A stretch of DNA of 54,720 nucleotides from a virus. Its lineage: Duplodnaviria; Caudoviricetes. The notes below the pieces were generated by a model that was not told where the DNA came from, did not search any database, and was given only the letters and a program-made list of their open reading frames with translations. Where the stretch lies: positions 1 to 54,720 of the IMG/VR virus record IMGVR_UViG_3300012346_000035. One strand, 5' to 3'. Positions 44,158 through 54,188 of this stretch are shown one piece after another; the stretch's first letter is position 1; each line of letters opens with the position of its first letter. The position numbers were made by a program, and so were the translations under genes.

Positions 44158-45190
44158 TATGCCTAACACTACTTCAGGTGGTAGCTACATTAATCCACAG
44201 TTAGATACTGCGGAATCTATCGGACACCAACAGCAGTCTAACTCGGTCATTAAGATGCCTACCTTTAACCAAGGTGGAAGTGTATCCGAGACTCGTGCTT
44301 TGCTCAAAGAAGGTGGCATGATGGATGAGGGCGGTACTGTAGACCCTATCAGTGGTAACGAAGTTCCTACGGGTGCTATGAAAGAAGAAGTACGGGATGA
44401 TGTACCTGCACAACTTAGTGAAGGTGAGTTTGTAATCCCTGCTGACGTAGTACGCTATATAGGTTTAGAACGACTCATGATGATGCGACAAGCTGCTAAA
44501 GAAGGCTTGAAGAAGATGGAGCAGATGGGTCAGATGTCTAATGCTGAAGAAGCTACTATGGAAGATGATAGTGAGTTTGAGTCAGAGATTGATGACATCC
44601 TATCTGAATTAGATTCTGAAGAAGGCGAAGATAAAGAAGAAGTAAAGATGGCTAATGGTGGTATGGTAGATCAAACCCAGCAAGCTCTGGCACAAGGTCA
44701 ACAACCTCAACAACCACAGGTACCTGCTCTCACTGAAGAACAGTTAGCCTTTATTCAGAAGACTGCAGAAGGAATGAAGGCACAGCAAGTGGAAGTTGCT
44801 CCTGAACAACAGAGCATGCCTACTGAAGGTCTCAAGTCTTCTGACATTATTCGTAGTAACTTAACTCAATCTCGTAGTCCAGAAGAGACTGATGCCTTTA
44901 TGAGTAAGGTAGCACGACTAGAGAAGACAGCTAAGATGATTAACATTCGTCATAACGATACTGTAGTCCTTGGCTTTGTCAAAGCTCCGGGTGTTGTCGA
45001 TCCTATTGTGTTCACACAAGATGATCCAGCTAGAATGCAACAGGCTATTGATGCAGCATTCAGTACTGCTAAACAATCGGGCATTAAACGCTTAGAGTCT
45101 AGTACTCCTAACCCTCAAGTTGTAGAAGCTTTAAAAGCACAGGGGTATGCAGTAGAAGAAACTCCAACTGGCTGGGGACTTAACCTGTGA
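44147..45190 (+). CDS. Virion-associated protein
   Basis: DDVPAQLSEGEFVIPADVV motif. Confidence 0.6.
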   Translation: MQNNMPNTTSGGSYINPQLDTAESIGHQQQSNSVIKMPTFNQGGSVSETRALLKEGGMMDEGGTVDPISGNEVPTGAMKEEVRDDVPAQLSEGEFVIPADVVRYIGLERLMMMRQAAKEGLKKMEQMGQMSNAEEATMEDDSEFESEIDDILSELDSEEGEDKEEVKMANGGMVDQTQQALAQGQQPQQPQVPALTEEQLAFIQKTAEGMKAQQVEVAPEQQSMPTEGLKSSDIIRSNLTQSRSPEETDAFMSKVARLEKTAKMINIRHNDTVVLGFVKAPGVVDPIVFTQDDPARMQQAIDAAFSTAKQSGIKRLESSTPNPQVVEALKAQGYAVEETPTGWGLNL

Positions 45191-45624
45191 GTATTGTACG
45201 AGCTAAACAAGAGCACTTTGATACGCTCTTTAGTTTGATTGAGAGCATGGTAGAAGAGAGTGTCTTCTCCTATGCTAAACCCAGTAAAGCAAAGATACAA
45301 AAGTTATTTAACTACCCTAGAGGGGCAGCCTTCTTAGCGTATAGAGACGATGTTTGTATTGGCTTTGTTGGTGCTGTAATTGATCAATTCTTTTTCTCTG
45401 AGTACGAGAGAGCAACAGACGTAGGCTTTTACATTCTTCCACAGTATCGTGGTGGTAGAGAAGCATTTAGATTATTGCAAGCAATAGAGCAGTGGGCTAA
45501 AGAGCAAGGTGTCTCTGAGATCTTTATGGGACACAGTGTAGGTGGCAAGATTGAAGAAATGAAGAAATTCTATATTCACCATGGTTACAAGATCGGTGGA
45601 TTTAACAGCATGAAGAAACTCTAA
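45187..45624 (+). CDS. GNAT-family acetyltransferase
   Basis: FYILPQYRGG, WAKEQG, FY..HGY. Confidence 0.8.
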   Translation: MSIVRAKQEHFDTLFSLIESMVEESVFSYAKPSKAKIQKLFNYPRGAAFLAYRDDVCIGFVGAVIDQFFFSEYERATDVGFYILPQYRGGREAFRLLQAIEQWAKEQGVSEIFMGHSVGGKIEEMKKFYIHHGYKIGGFNSMKKL

Positions 45625-45633
45625 GGATAGATT

Positions 45634-46950
45634 ATGTGTGGAGGTGGACCAACTGGTATTGGCTTTGTTGATGATGCTATTGATAAGGCAGATAACTGGA
45701 CAGAGGGTGCTGGAGAACAATTAGCTAAGATCGATCCGGGTCCTGCCATTGGCGATATCGGAGAGTCTATTGACAAGTCTGTTATTCAGCCTATGTCAAA
45801 AGACCCTGTTGGTAGTATTGCTACTATCGCTGCTATTGCAACCCAACAGTATTACTTAATTCCGTACATTGCTGCAGCTAATACAGCACTTAAAGGCGGT
45901 AAGTTAGAAGATATTGCTTTATCTTTTGGTGTTGCTTATGTTGCTGGTTCTGTAGCTCCGGGTGTTTCAGAGTGGGCAGGTGGCGGTACGACAGGTGCTA
46001 TTGTGGCAGGTACTACCGTTGGTGCTGGTTCTGGTGCAGCAACTGCAGCAGCTAGAGGACAAGACATCGGTGAAGGAGCACTAACTGGTGCCATCATGGG
46101 CGGTGTTACTGCAGGTGTAACAGAAGGTGTGTCTGCAGGTAAGAGCTACTTTATGGATGGTCCTGCCCCAACTATTGGTGCTGGTACAAAGGCAGGTGAA
46201 TTTGGTATCGATTCCAATAGGGTAGGCACAGGAGAGTTTGGTCTTAAGGCTACAGCCCCTACAGGGTCTGCTGAGTTTGGTGTAACTGCACCTACATCTT
46301 CAGCAGTAACCCCACTAATGGCTGACTACTCTGTACTTCCTGCAACAGAACTAGGTTTCATAAGTCCTGCTAGAGACTTTGGTATTAAGCCAGAGAAGTA
46401 CGGCACAGGAGAATTCGGTATTGATGCTACTAAGACAGGTGACTTTGGTATTAAAGCACCTACCTCTGAAGTTCCTACCCAGTATAAAGTGGGAAGTAGC
46501 ACCAGTCCTCTAGAAGATAACCTTAAAAAGATAGCAAGTAAGGCGATCAGTGGCAGTATCTTAGAGAATATCTACGGTACTTCACTAGAGCCAGAAGATT
46601 CTGTAACCTACAGATTGCGTAGGAAGGGTGTCTATGGAGAAGATCAACTGGATACCGGTGTAGCTGATACTAGCTTAAACCTAGCAGCAGTTAACCCAGA
46701 CAAGTTTGAGTTACGTAAGTTTGCTAATCCATCAGGTGCAAGTACCCTTATCTCGTTTAAAGATAACAAACCACAACAGCCTATCCCTACAGGCTACGAA
46801 GAAGTAGAAACAATTGGTGCAGCTGAGGGTGGACTTATCAGCACAAGTATGGTAAAATACAGCAAGAAACCACTTGTAGCTCCAAGAAAGCCTGAGCTAT
46901 CTAAGAAGAAGAAAACTACCAGAAAGGGGCTGGCAGCTAAGCAGTCTTAA
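45634..46950 (+). CDS. Gly-rich putative ejected/virion protein with [ED]FG[ILV] repeats
   Basis: MCGGG start, Gly-zipper hydrophobic segment, six repeats. Confidence 0.55.
   Translation: MCGGGPTGIGFVDDAIDKADNWTEGAGEQLAKIDPGPAIGDIGESIDKSVIQPMSKDPVGSIATIAAIATQQYYLIPYIAAANTALKGGKLEDIALSFGVAYVAGSVAPGVSEWAGGGTTGAIVAGTTVGAGSGAATAAARGQDIGEGALTGAIMGGVTAGVTEGVSAGKSYFMDGPAPTIGAGTKAGEFGIDSNRVGTGEFGLKATAPTGSAEFGVTAPTSSAVTPLMADYSVLPATELGFISPARDFGIKPEKYGTGEFGIDATKTGDFGIKAPTSEVPTQYKVGSSTSPLEDNLKKIASKAISGSILENIYGTSLEPEDSVTYRLRRKGVYGEDQLDTGVADTSLNLAAVNPDKFELRKFANPSGASTLISFKDNKPQQPIPTGYEEVETIGAAEGGLISTSMVKYSKKPLVAPRKPELSKKKKTTRKGLAAKQS
46830..46858 (+). promoter_or_regulatory. Possible internal promoter for scaffold gene
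   Basis: TGGACT-N17-TAAAAT with TGn extension. Confidence 0.35.
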
Positions 46951-46966
46951 CATTACCCCTTATTCA

Positions 46967-47010
46967 TGGCTACCTAATACCCCAGTATACACTGGCAACT
47001 GTTAGCCCCA
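46967..47010 (+). promoter_or_regulatory. Structured cis-regulatory RNA in scaffold leader
   Basis: Stem-loop with two CC/C(A/U)AC internal loops. Confidence 0.55.
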
Positions 47011-47025
47011 ACAAAAGAGGAAAAG

Positions 47026-47898
47026 ATGGAACTCACGAAAGTAGAAACACCGAAGAAAGTTATGGCTGGATTTGGAACACGCAATGCCAGCGAAGCTCGG
47101 ATAAAACAAGAAGAAGAAGAACTAAAGCAGATGACTGAGGCTAACAAAGCCCCACCAGCTGCAAGCACAGATGACGAAGATGGCAGTGATGAAGGTCTAA
47201 GTGCAGAAGAGAAAAGCTTTAAGAAGCGTTACGGTGATCTACGTAGGCATACTCAAAAGCAACAGGTTGAGATGCAGAAGCAATTAGATGACTTACGTGC
47301 CCAGTTAGAAACGACTGCTACACAGCAAATGCGTTTACCTAAGTCTGAGGAAGAGCTAGAACAGTGGACACGAGAGTTCCCTGAAGTAGCTAAGATTGTA
47401 GAAACAATTGCAATGAAGAAGGTTAAAGAGCAGAATGCTAGCATTGAAGAGCGATTCAAAGCCCTAGACCAACGTGAGGCAGAGACTGCCAAAGAGAAAG
47501 CTGAAGCTGAATTACTTCGACTTCACCCAGACTTTGACAAGATCCGTGAACAAGACGAATTCCATGATTGGGTAGAGGCTCAGCCTAAGTGGGTTCAGAG
47601 TGCTTTGTATGAGAATGAGAATGATGCTGTATCTGCAGCTCGTGCTATTGACTTGTATAAAGCAGATAAAGGTATTACTGCCTCGAAGCGTACTCGTAAA
47701 TCTGACGATAAAGAAGCAGCTTCATCTGTAGCTTCTAGCCGTAAAGCAGGGTTTGACACTGCCTCAGAACAGGGTACTTTCAGGGAAAGTGACATAGAAC
47801 GTATGAGTTCAGCAGAATATGAGCGTAATCAAGAAGCCATTATTGCTGCAATTCAGAGTGGTAAATTTATCTACGACAAGACTGGTTCTGCTAGATAA
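47026..47898 (+). CDS. Capsid scaffolding protein
   Basis: FKKRYGDLRRH, HPDF, acidic coiled coil, upstream of capsid. Confidence 0.75.
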   Translation: MELTKVETPKKVMAGFGTRNASEARIKQEEEELKQMTEANKAPPAASTDDEDGSDEGLSAEEKSFKKRYGDLRRHTQKQQVEMQKQLDDLRAQLETTATQQMRLPKSEEELEQWTREFPEVAKIVETIAMKKVKEQNASIEERFKALDQREAETAKEKAEAELLRLHPDFDKIREQDEFHDWVEAQPKWVQSALYENENDAVSAARAIDLYKADKGITASKRTRKSDDKEAASSVASSRKAGFDTASEQGTFRESDIERMSSAEYERNQEAIIAAIQSGKFIYDKTGSAR

Positions 47899-47901
47899 GG
47901 C

Positions 47902-47930
47902 TTGACAAACTTAGAAATAGGTTTATAACT
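47902..47930 (+). promoter_or_regulatory. Promoter for major capsid gene
   Basis: TTGACA-N16-TATAACT. Confidence 0.65.
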
Positions 47931-47938
47931 GTAGTACA

Positions 47939-48145
47939 AAGGGCAGGTGTGGTATTTCTGCACCTCCCTTCTTAACTCGTCTTAGGGTGCCGCTTTAGCT
48001 AAGCCAACCACCCACCAAAGACATATTTGTACTTATGTAGTAACAACGCAGTACATAGCAATTCGTAGGACACCCTATCGAGTTAGCCCATATATCTTAG
48101 CGGATCTAGAACTCTAAGCTATATGCACCTAATGTAAGAGGCTCC
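47939..48145 (+). promoter_or_regulatory. Long structured leader of capsid mRNA
   Basis: Several hairpins with repeated asymmetric internal loops. Confidence 0.55.
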
Positions 48146-48204
48146 AAGAATACATGTAAGCGTATTTGTAGTAATACATTCATTCAATTTAGGAGAAATC
48201 TAAA

Positions 48205-49275
48205 ATGGCATTTCCATCAGCAGCTGGTTACGGCAATTTACCTAATGGTAATTTTAGCCCAGTAATCTATTCCAAGCAAGTACAACTTGCATTCCGTAAA
48301 GCTTCTACTGTTGAAGCTATCACTAACAGCGACTACTTCGGTGAAATCGCTAACATGGGTGACTCTGTAAAGATCATCAAAGAGCCAGAAGTTTCAGTTC
48401 AGTCATACGCTCGTGGTACACAAATCACAGCACAAGACTTGGATGACGAGGACTTCACACTTGTTGTTGACCAAGCTAACTACTTCGCATTCAAGATTGA
48501 CGATATCGAAGCAGCACACAGCCACGTTAACTTCATGTCTATGGCTTCTGATCGTGCAGCTTATCGCTTGCGTGACCAGTATGACCAAGACGTTTTGGGC
48601 TACCTCTCTGGCTACCAGCAGTCTGCTAAGCATGGTTCACCTGACACAGCACGTTCAACATATCCCGGCACTAAGGCTGTAACTTCAGCTGGCAATGACG
48701 AATTGTTGTCTTCTATGAAGTTGATCAAGTCAAGCTTTAGCAGCATCACTACTTCATCTGCTGGTGATCACTCAATCCCATTGGCTCCACGCCTACCGGG
48801 TGCAACATCTTTGCCAACAGCTACAACTTCACCATTAAGCGTTATCGCTCGTATGGGTCGTTTGCTTGACAGCCAGTTTGTTGACACTCAAGGTCGTTGG
48901 TTAGTTGTCGATCCAGTTTTCGTTGAGATGTTGAAAGACGAAGACAGCCGTTTGTTGAATTCTGACTTCGGTGGTTCTGGCTTGCAAAACGGTTTGATCA
49001 TTAACAACCTCCACGGTTTCCGTATCTATGTGTCTAACAACCTACCTAAGATTGGTACTGGTCCAAGCACAGCTGGTACAGCTAACCAAAATGATAACTT
49101 CGGTGTTATCGTTGGTGGTCAAGATGCTGCTGTTGCTTCTGCTCAGCAAATCACTAAGACTGAAAGCTATCGTGATCCAGACAGCTTCGCTGACATTGTA
49201 CGTGGTATGCACTTGTATGGTCGTAAGATTCTTCGTCCAGAAGCTATCGTTACTGCCAAGTACAACGTAGCTTAA
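48205..49275 (+). CDS. Major capsid protein
   Basis: FSPVIYSK, GEI..MGDSVKI, F.IDDIE, FADIVRGMHLYG.K.LRPE; strong codon bias, AGGAG RBS. Confidence 0.92.
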   Translation: MAFPSAAGYGNLPNGNFSPVIYSKQVQLAFRKASTVEAITNSDYFGEIANMGDSVKIIKEPEVSVQSYARGTQITAQDLDDEDFTLVVDQANYFAFKIDDIEAAHSHVNFMSMASDRAAYRLRDQYDQDVLGYLSGYQQSAKHGSPDTARSTYPGTKAVTSAGNDELLSSMKLIKSSFSSITTSSAGDHSIPLAPRLPGATSLPTATTSPLSVIARMGRLLDSQFVDTQGRWLVVDPVFVEMLKDEDSRLLNSDFGGSGLQNGLIINNLHGFRIYVSNNLPKIGTGPSTAGTANQNDNFGVIVGGQDAAVASAQQITKTESYRDPDSFADIVRGMHLYGRKILRPEAIVTAKYNVA

Positions 49276-49292
49276 TTTAAGGAGAAATAGAA

Positions 49293-49700
49293 ATGGCTTT
49301 AGTTCAATCAGTAAAGAATCGTGCTATTGTAGTTGAAAAGTACGTTGACTTATCAGCATCTTCAGCGACTACCGTTGGTATCTCTGTTCCAGCAGGAACA
49401 TTGGTATTGGCAGTAGGCTTTGAGCCAAGCGAAGCAGTTCCTAACGTGAGTACCTATACAATGGACATCACTGACGGCACTACTACTTTTGCTAACGACT
49501 TAGACTTTGATAATACTGCAGCTGGTACTATCAAGATCGGTACAACAGCTGGTGTAGTTGCAGCTGCTGACACCATTGACGTTGTTACAACTATCTCTGG
49601 TTCGCCCGGCATTATCTCTGGTCGTTTGTTTGCAGTCATCATCGATGTAAACGAATCGGCTGTTGCTGCTGATGCAGTAGATCGTGATCAATTAGCTTAA
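49293..49700 (+). CDS. Capsid decoration / minor capsid protein
   Basis: Small beta-rich ORF between capsid and terminator, AAGGAG RBS. Confidence 0.6.
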   Translation: MALVQSVKNRAIVVEKYVDLSASSATTVGISVPAGTLVLAVGFEPSEAVPNVSTYTMDITDGTTTFANDLDFDNTAAGTIKIGTTAGVVAAADTIDVVTTISGSPGIISGRLFAVIIDVNESAVAADAVDRDQLA

Positions 49701-49718
49701 TAGGCTAAGTGTGTTGGG

Positions 49719-49746
49719 GTGGGGGTCACAAGCCCCCACTTTCTTT
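49719..49746 (+). terminator. Intrinsic terminator after capsid genes
   Basis: GTGGGGG-TCACAAG-CCCCCAC-TTTCTTT. Confidence 0.8.
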
Positions 49747-49767
49747 GTTTAGAATAAAGGCAATAGC

Positions 49768-50490
49768 GTGGCTTATAACTTCTTGGGTTTAGTTAATGAC
49801 GTTAATAAACGTCTTAATGAAGTAGAGTTGACAAGTGCTAACTTTGCTAGTGCTAAAGGATTCTATTCGCATGCTAAAGATGCAGTAAACTCAGCAATAC
49901 AAGATATCAACCAGTTGCAGTTTCAATGGCACTGGAATCACACTACACAGGAAACTACACTCACTGCGGGTACTACTCGCTATGCGTATCCTACTAATGC
50001 GAAAACTATTGACTTCGATACTTTCCGCATTAAGAAGAATTCTACATTCAATAATGACACAGTTAAACTGCGTATCATCTCTTATGAAGAGTACTTAGAG
50101 AAGTTCTCCGATCAAGAGTATACAACCGAGACTGATGTTCGTAACGTACCACAGTACGTATTCCAAGCTCCTAACCGAACCTTCGGTTTAGTACCCCCTC
50201 CTAAAGAAGCTTATGTACTAGTCTATGAGTACTATGCAAGCACTACTCCTTTAGAGAATTCTACAGATGAACCTACAATCCCTGAGATGTACCGTCACAT
50301 CATTGATGAAGGTGCAATGTACTATGCCTATATGTTCCGTAGTAACGAACAAGCTGCAGCAATTGCGAAAGCTAAGTTTGAAGATGGAATTAAGCACATG
50401 CGTATCATGCTTATTAATCGTTATGATTATGTAAGAAGTACAGCAATACAACAGAACAAACAGTACGTATCTGGTAACAGGGTTAGCTAA
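49768..50490 (+). CDS. Head-tail adaptor (tail tubular A-like)
   Basis: FL.LVN.V..RLNEV, P.IPE.YRH.I; position. Confidence 0.7.
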   Translation: MAYNFLGLVNDVNKRLNEVELTSANFASAKGFYSHAKDAVNSAIQDINQLQFQWHWNHTTQETTLTAGTTRYAYPTNAKTIDFDTFRIKKNSTFNNDTVKLRIISYEEYLEKFSDQEYTTETDVRNVPQYVFQAPNRTFGLVPPPKEAYVLVYEYYASTTPLENSTDEPTIPEMYRHIIDEGAMYYAYMFRSNEQAAAIAKAKFEDGIKHMRIMLINRYDYVRSTAIQQNKQYVSGNRVS

Positions 50491-52469
50491 TGGCAGATAA
50501 ATGGCAGACGTACCCATTTGAGTTTAGGGGTGGTCTTGTAACTAACTTGCCTCCGTTACAGCACGGTATTCAAGCACCGGGAAGTGCACGAGTATTGCGT
50601 AACTTTGAACCATCCATTGAGGGTGGCTATCGTAGGATTGAAGGCTTTGCCAAGTATGATGCTGCCAATGTCCCTAGCTATGGCACTCCAAGAGTACACG
50701 GATCTGGGCAGACTGGTACTACACTTATAGTAGGCAGTCTCTATACTTCACCTGCAGAAGGTACTACCTTTACTATCGCAGGTGTTACTGGTACTTATAC
50801 TATTGCAGCAGGTGGTGTTTCGTATGATGCCACCTACAAACGTGCAACACTAACTCTGACTACTAGCTTAGCTTCTAGTCCAGCTAATGCAGCAGCACTT
50901 ACTGTCACTAGTAACGTAGGTACTATTATTGGTGTAGCAGCTTGGAATGGTAAGACTATTGCAACACGTAATAATGCAATCTTCAAGAGCACAGGATCTG
51001 GTTGGACCAAGATCAATGTCCCTAGCTACGGTACTACTTTAGTTAACGGTGGTGCACAGACGGGTACTAGTTTAATTGTAGACGGCTTAACTGCTGCACC
51101 TCAAGCTGGTGATACCTTCACTATTGCAGGTGTTAATTTAATCTACACAGTTTTAGCTGATGCTACTGTGACTACTGGCGGTGCAACACTAAGCATTAAT
51201 CCTGCCCTAGCTTCAAGCCCTTCTGATAATGCAGCTATTACATTCTTAACTGCTAACAGATCAAATGGGTTAAAGAATAGATTTGAGAAGTATCGTATTG
51301 GTACTACAGAGAAGATTGCTGGAGTAGATAGCGTTAATGCTCCCTTCCTCTATGACAATACTACATTCACTGCACTTAATGATGCACCTAGTGATGTTCA
51401 AGCTGCAGAGCATATCTGCTGGTTTAAGAATCAAATGTTCTTTGCTAAGGGTGACAAGTTAACTTTTACTTCTCCTTATACGGATAGTGACTTTAATGCT
51501 GCCAATGGTGCAGGAGTATTAAGTGTAGGTAGTGCAATCACTGGTCTGATTGTATTCCGTGAGCAGTTGATTATCTTTAGTCAACAGAAGATTTCACGTT
51601 TAACTGGTAACACCTTAGCTGACTTTGTACTACAACCTATCACCTTAAACATCGGTTGTATTGACACAGATACCATCCAAGAGATTGGTTCTGACATTAT
51701 GTTCCTAGGTCCTGACGGCTTACGTCTACTTAGTGCAACTGACAAGATCGGTGATTTCAGCTTAGCTGTGGTATCTAAGACCATTCAGAGTGAGATGACT
51801 AGCTTCATTGCTTCATCTACTTCTTTCTGCAGTGTAGTCATTCGTGAGAAGTCACAATACCGTTTATTAGGTTTTAGTGATGCAGTAACTACCCAGAATG
51901 CTGTAGGCATTTTAGGTACTCAGATGATGGGTGATGCTACAGGTGAAATCTCTTGGGCTGAGTTACGTGGTATCAGAGCCTATGTAGCAGACAGTGATTA
52001 CTACTCCCGTATTGAGACAGTGGTCTTTGCTCAGACTGACGGCTATGTATATCGGATGGAGACAGGTAATAGTTTTGATGGATCTAACATCATTGCTACT
52101 TTCTCTACCCCATTTGTACCAATGACAGACCCACGCTTACGTAAGACTTTCTACAAGCTATTCTTGTATACAGACCCTACAGGAAGTGTGACTACATCAG
52201 CTAACTTAAAGCTTGACTTTGATGATGAAGGTGTGATACAACCAGACACCATAACGCTATCAAATGATACAGGTGCAGTAGGTTTCTACGGTTCCCCTAC
52301 AGCTACCTATGGCTCTGTTAGATACGGAACTAAGTTAAAGAAACTCTTCCAGACTCAAGTAGTGGGTTCTGGTTTCACAGTGTCGTTGCAGTTTATCTCT
52401 GAGAGTGTAGATCCTCCATTCTCTTTAGATGCTGCAACTTTAGAATTCGCAACATTCGATAGACGATAA
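50490..52469 (+). CDS. Tail nozzle (tail tubular B-like) with a duplicated ~80-aa insert
   Basis: NFEPSIEGGYRRI, ITGLIVFREQL, FLGPDGLR; two NVPSYGT...LASSP modules. Confidence 0.75.
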   Translation: MADKWQTYPFEFRGGLVTNLPPLQHGIQAPGSARVLRNFEPSIEGGYRRIEGFAKYDAANVPSYGTPRVHGSGQTGTTLIVGSLYTSPAEGTTFTIAGVTGTYTIAAGGVSYDATYKRATLTLTTSLASSPANAAALTVTSNVGTIIGVAAWNGKTIATRNNAIFKSTGSGWTKINVPSYGTTLVNGGAQTGTSLIVDGLTAAPQAGDTFTIAGVNLIYTVLADATVTTGGATLSINPALASSPSDNAAITFLTANRSNGLKNRFEKYRIGTTEKIAGVDSVNAPFLYDNTTFTALNDAPSDVQAAEHICWFKNQMFFAKGDKLTFTSPYTDSDFNAANGAGVLSVGSAITGLIVFREQLIIFSQQKISRLTGNTLADFVLQPITLNIGCIDTDTIQEIGSDIMFLGPDGLRLLSATDKIGDFSLAVVSKTIQSEMTSFIASSTSFCSVVIREKSQYRLLGFSDAVTTQNAVGILGTQMMGDATGEISWAELRGIRAYVADSDYYSRIETVVFAQTDGYVYRMETGNSFDGSNIIATFSTPFVPMTDPRLRKTFYKLFLYTDPTGSVTTSANLKLDFDDEGVIQPDTITLSNDTGAVGFYGSPTATYGSVRYGTKLKKLFQTQVVGSGFTVSLQFISESVDPPFSLDAATLEFATFDRR

Positions 52470-52478
52470 GGTAAAGAT

Positions 52479-54176
52479 ATGTCTACAGGTTATAATCGTG
52501 CTGATACAGTCAACAATATTGCTGACGGTAACATTATTAATGCATCGGATTTAGATGCAGAATTTGATGCTATTGCCTCAGCCTTTGAAGAAGTAAGTGG
52601 TCATACTCACGATGGTAGTGATGCACAAGGTGCACCTATCACTAAGATTGGTCCTGCTCAGGATATCGTAGTAGCTACAGGTGGTGCCATTCCTAAGACT
52701 ACTAATACAGTAGACTTGGGTTCTGCTACATACCAGTACAAAGATATCTACATTGACGGTACTGCATACATTGATGCCTTAGATTTAAATGGTACTCTGG
52801 TAACCTCTACTGCAGCTGAACTGAACATCCTTGATGGTGTCACTTCTACTGCTGCTGAACTGAATCTCTTAGACGGTGTCACTGCTACTACTACAGAGAT
52901 CAACTACATTGACGGTGTTACATCTAACATTCAGACCCAGTTAGATGCGAAGCAACCTTTAGATGCACAACTCACAGACATCGCTGGCTTAACACCTACA
53001 GACAATGCCATCATTATCGGTAACGGTAGTAACTTTGTAGCTGAGTCTGGGGCTACTGCCCGTACTTCACTTGGCTTAGCCATTGGTACTGATGTTCAAG
53101 CCTATGATGCTGATCTGACTACTTTGGGTGCTGGTGGTTCTTCTGCTAGAGCATTCCTTGGTTTAACTATTGGTACTGATGTTCAAGCCTACGATGCACA
53201 GCTAGCTGATATTGCAGGTCTTACTCCTACTGACAGTAACTTTATCGTAGGTAACGGAAGTAACTTTGTAGCCGAATCGGGTGCTACAGCTAGAACTTCT
53301 TTAGGTCTAGGTTCTATTGCAACTCAAGACTCTAGCAACGTCACTATCACTGGTGGTTCTATCTCTGGTATTACTGACTTGGCTATTGCCGATGGTGGTA
53401 CTGGTGCTTCTACTGCTACTGCTGCAATCAACAATCTCCTCCCATCACAGGCAAGTGCTTCAGGTAAGTACTTAAAGTCTGACGGTACTAATACCTCTTG
53501 GGATGATCTGAATATCAGTACTGCTGATATCACTGGCACTCTGCCTATTGCTAATGGTGGTACAGGTTCTACTTCAGCAAGTGCAGCTAGAACAGCTTTA
53601 GGTTTAGCTATCGGTACCGATGTACAGGCTTACGATGCTGACTTAACTACTCTAGGTGCAGGTGGATCTTCTGCTAGATCTTTCTTAGGTCTTGCTATTG
53701 GCACAGATGTACAAGCCTATGATGCACAGTTAGCTGACGTAGCAGGACTAACACCAACAGATAATGGTGTTATAATCGGCAATGGTACTAACTTCGTTGT
53801 GGAGTCTGGTGCTACCCTGAAGACTTCTTTAGGATTAACAATCGGTACAGATGTGCAGGCTTATGATGCACAGTTAGCTGATATCGCTGGACTAACTCCT
53901 ACTGACAACGGTGTCATTGTTGGTAATGGCAGTAACTTCGTAGTTGAATCCGGGGCTACACTAAAGACATCTTTAGGCTTGACGATTGGTACTGATGTTC
54001 AAGCATATGACAGTAACTTAACCTCTTTCGTAGGTACATTCACTTTACCTACTACTGACGGTACAAACGGGCAAGTGTTACAAACAAATGGATCTGGGAC
54101 TTTATCTTTCTCTACTATCACTGTAGATGCAGACCCAGCAGGAACAGCAGTAGCTTTAGCAATCGCATTAGGATAA
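52479..54176 (+). CDS. Proximal tail fibre with internal repeats
   Basis: GHTHDG, TAAELNILDGVT repeats, six LGL.IGTDVQAYD repeats, AVALAIALG end. Confidence 0.75.
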   Translation: MSTGYNRADTVNNIADGNIINASDLDAEFDAIASAFEEVSGHTHDGSDAQGAPITKIGPAQDIVVATGGAIPKTTNTVDLGSATYQYKDIYIDGTAYIDALDLNGTLVTSTAAELNILDGVTSTAAELNLLDGVTATTTEINYIDGVTSNIQTQLDAKQPLDAQLTDIAGLTPTDNAIIIGNGSNFVAESGATARTSLGLAIGTDVQAYDADLTTLGAGGSSARAFLGLTIGTDVQAYDAQLADIAGLTPTDSNFIVGNGSNFVAESGATARTSLGLGSIATQDSSNVTITGGSISGITDLAIADGGTGASTATAAINNLLPSQASASGKYLKSDGTNTSWDDLNISTADITGTLPIANGGTGSTSASAARTALGLAIGTDVQAYDADLTTLGAGGSSARSFLGLAIGTDVQAYDAQLADVAGLTPTDNGVIIGNGTNFVVESGATLKTSLGLTIGTDVQAYDAQLADIAGLTPTDNGVIVGNGSNFVVESGATLKTSLGLTIGTDVQAYDSNLTSFVGTFTLPTTDGTNGQVLQTNGSGTLSFSTITVDADPAGTAVALAIALG

Positions 54177-54188
54177 GGACAAACTCAC

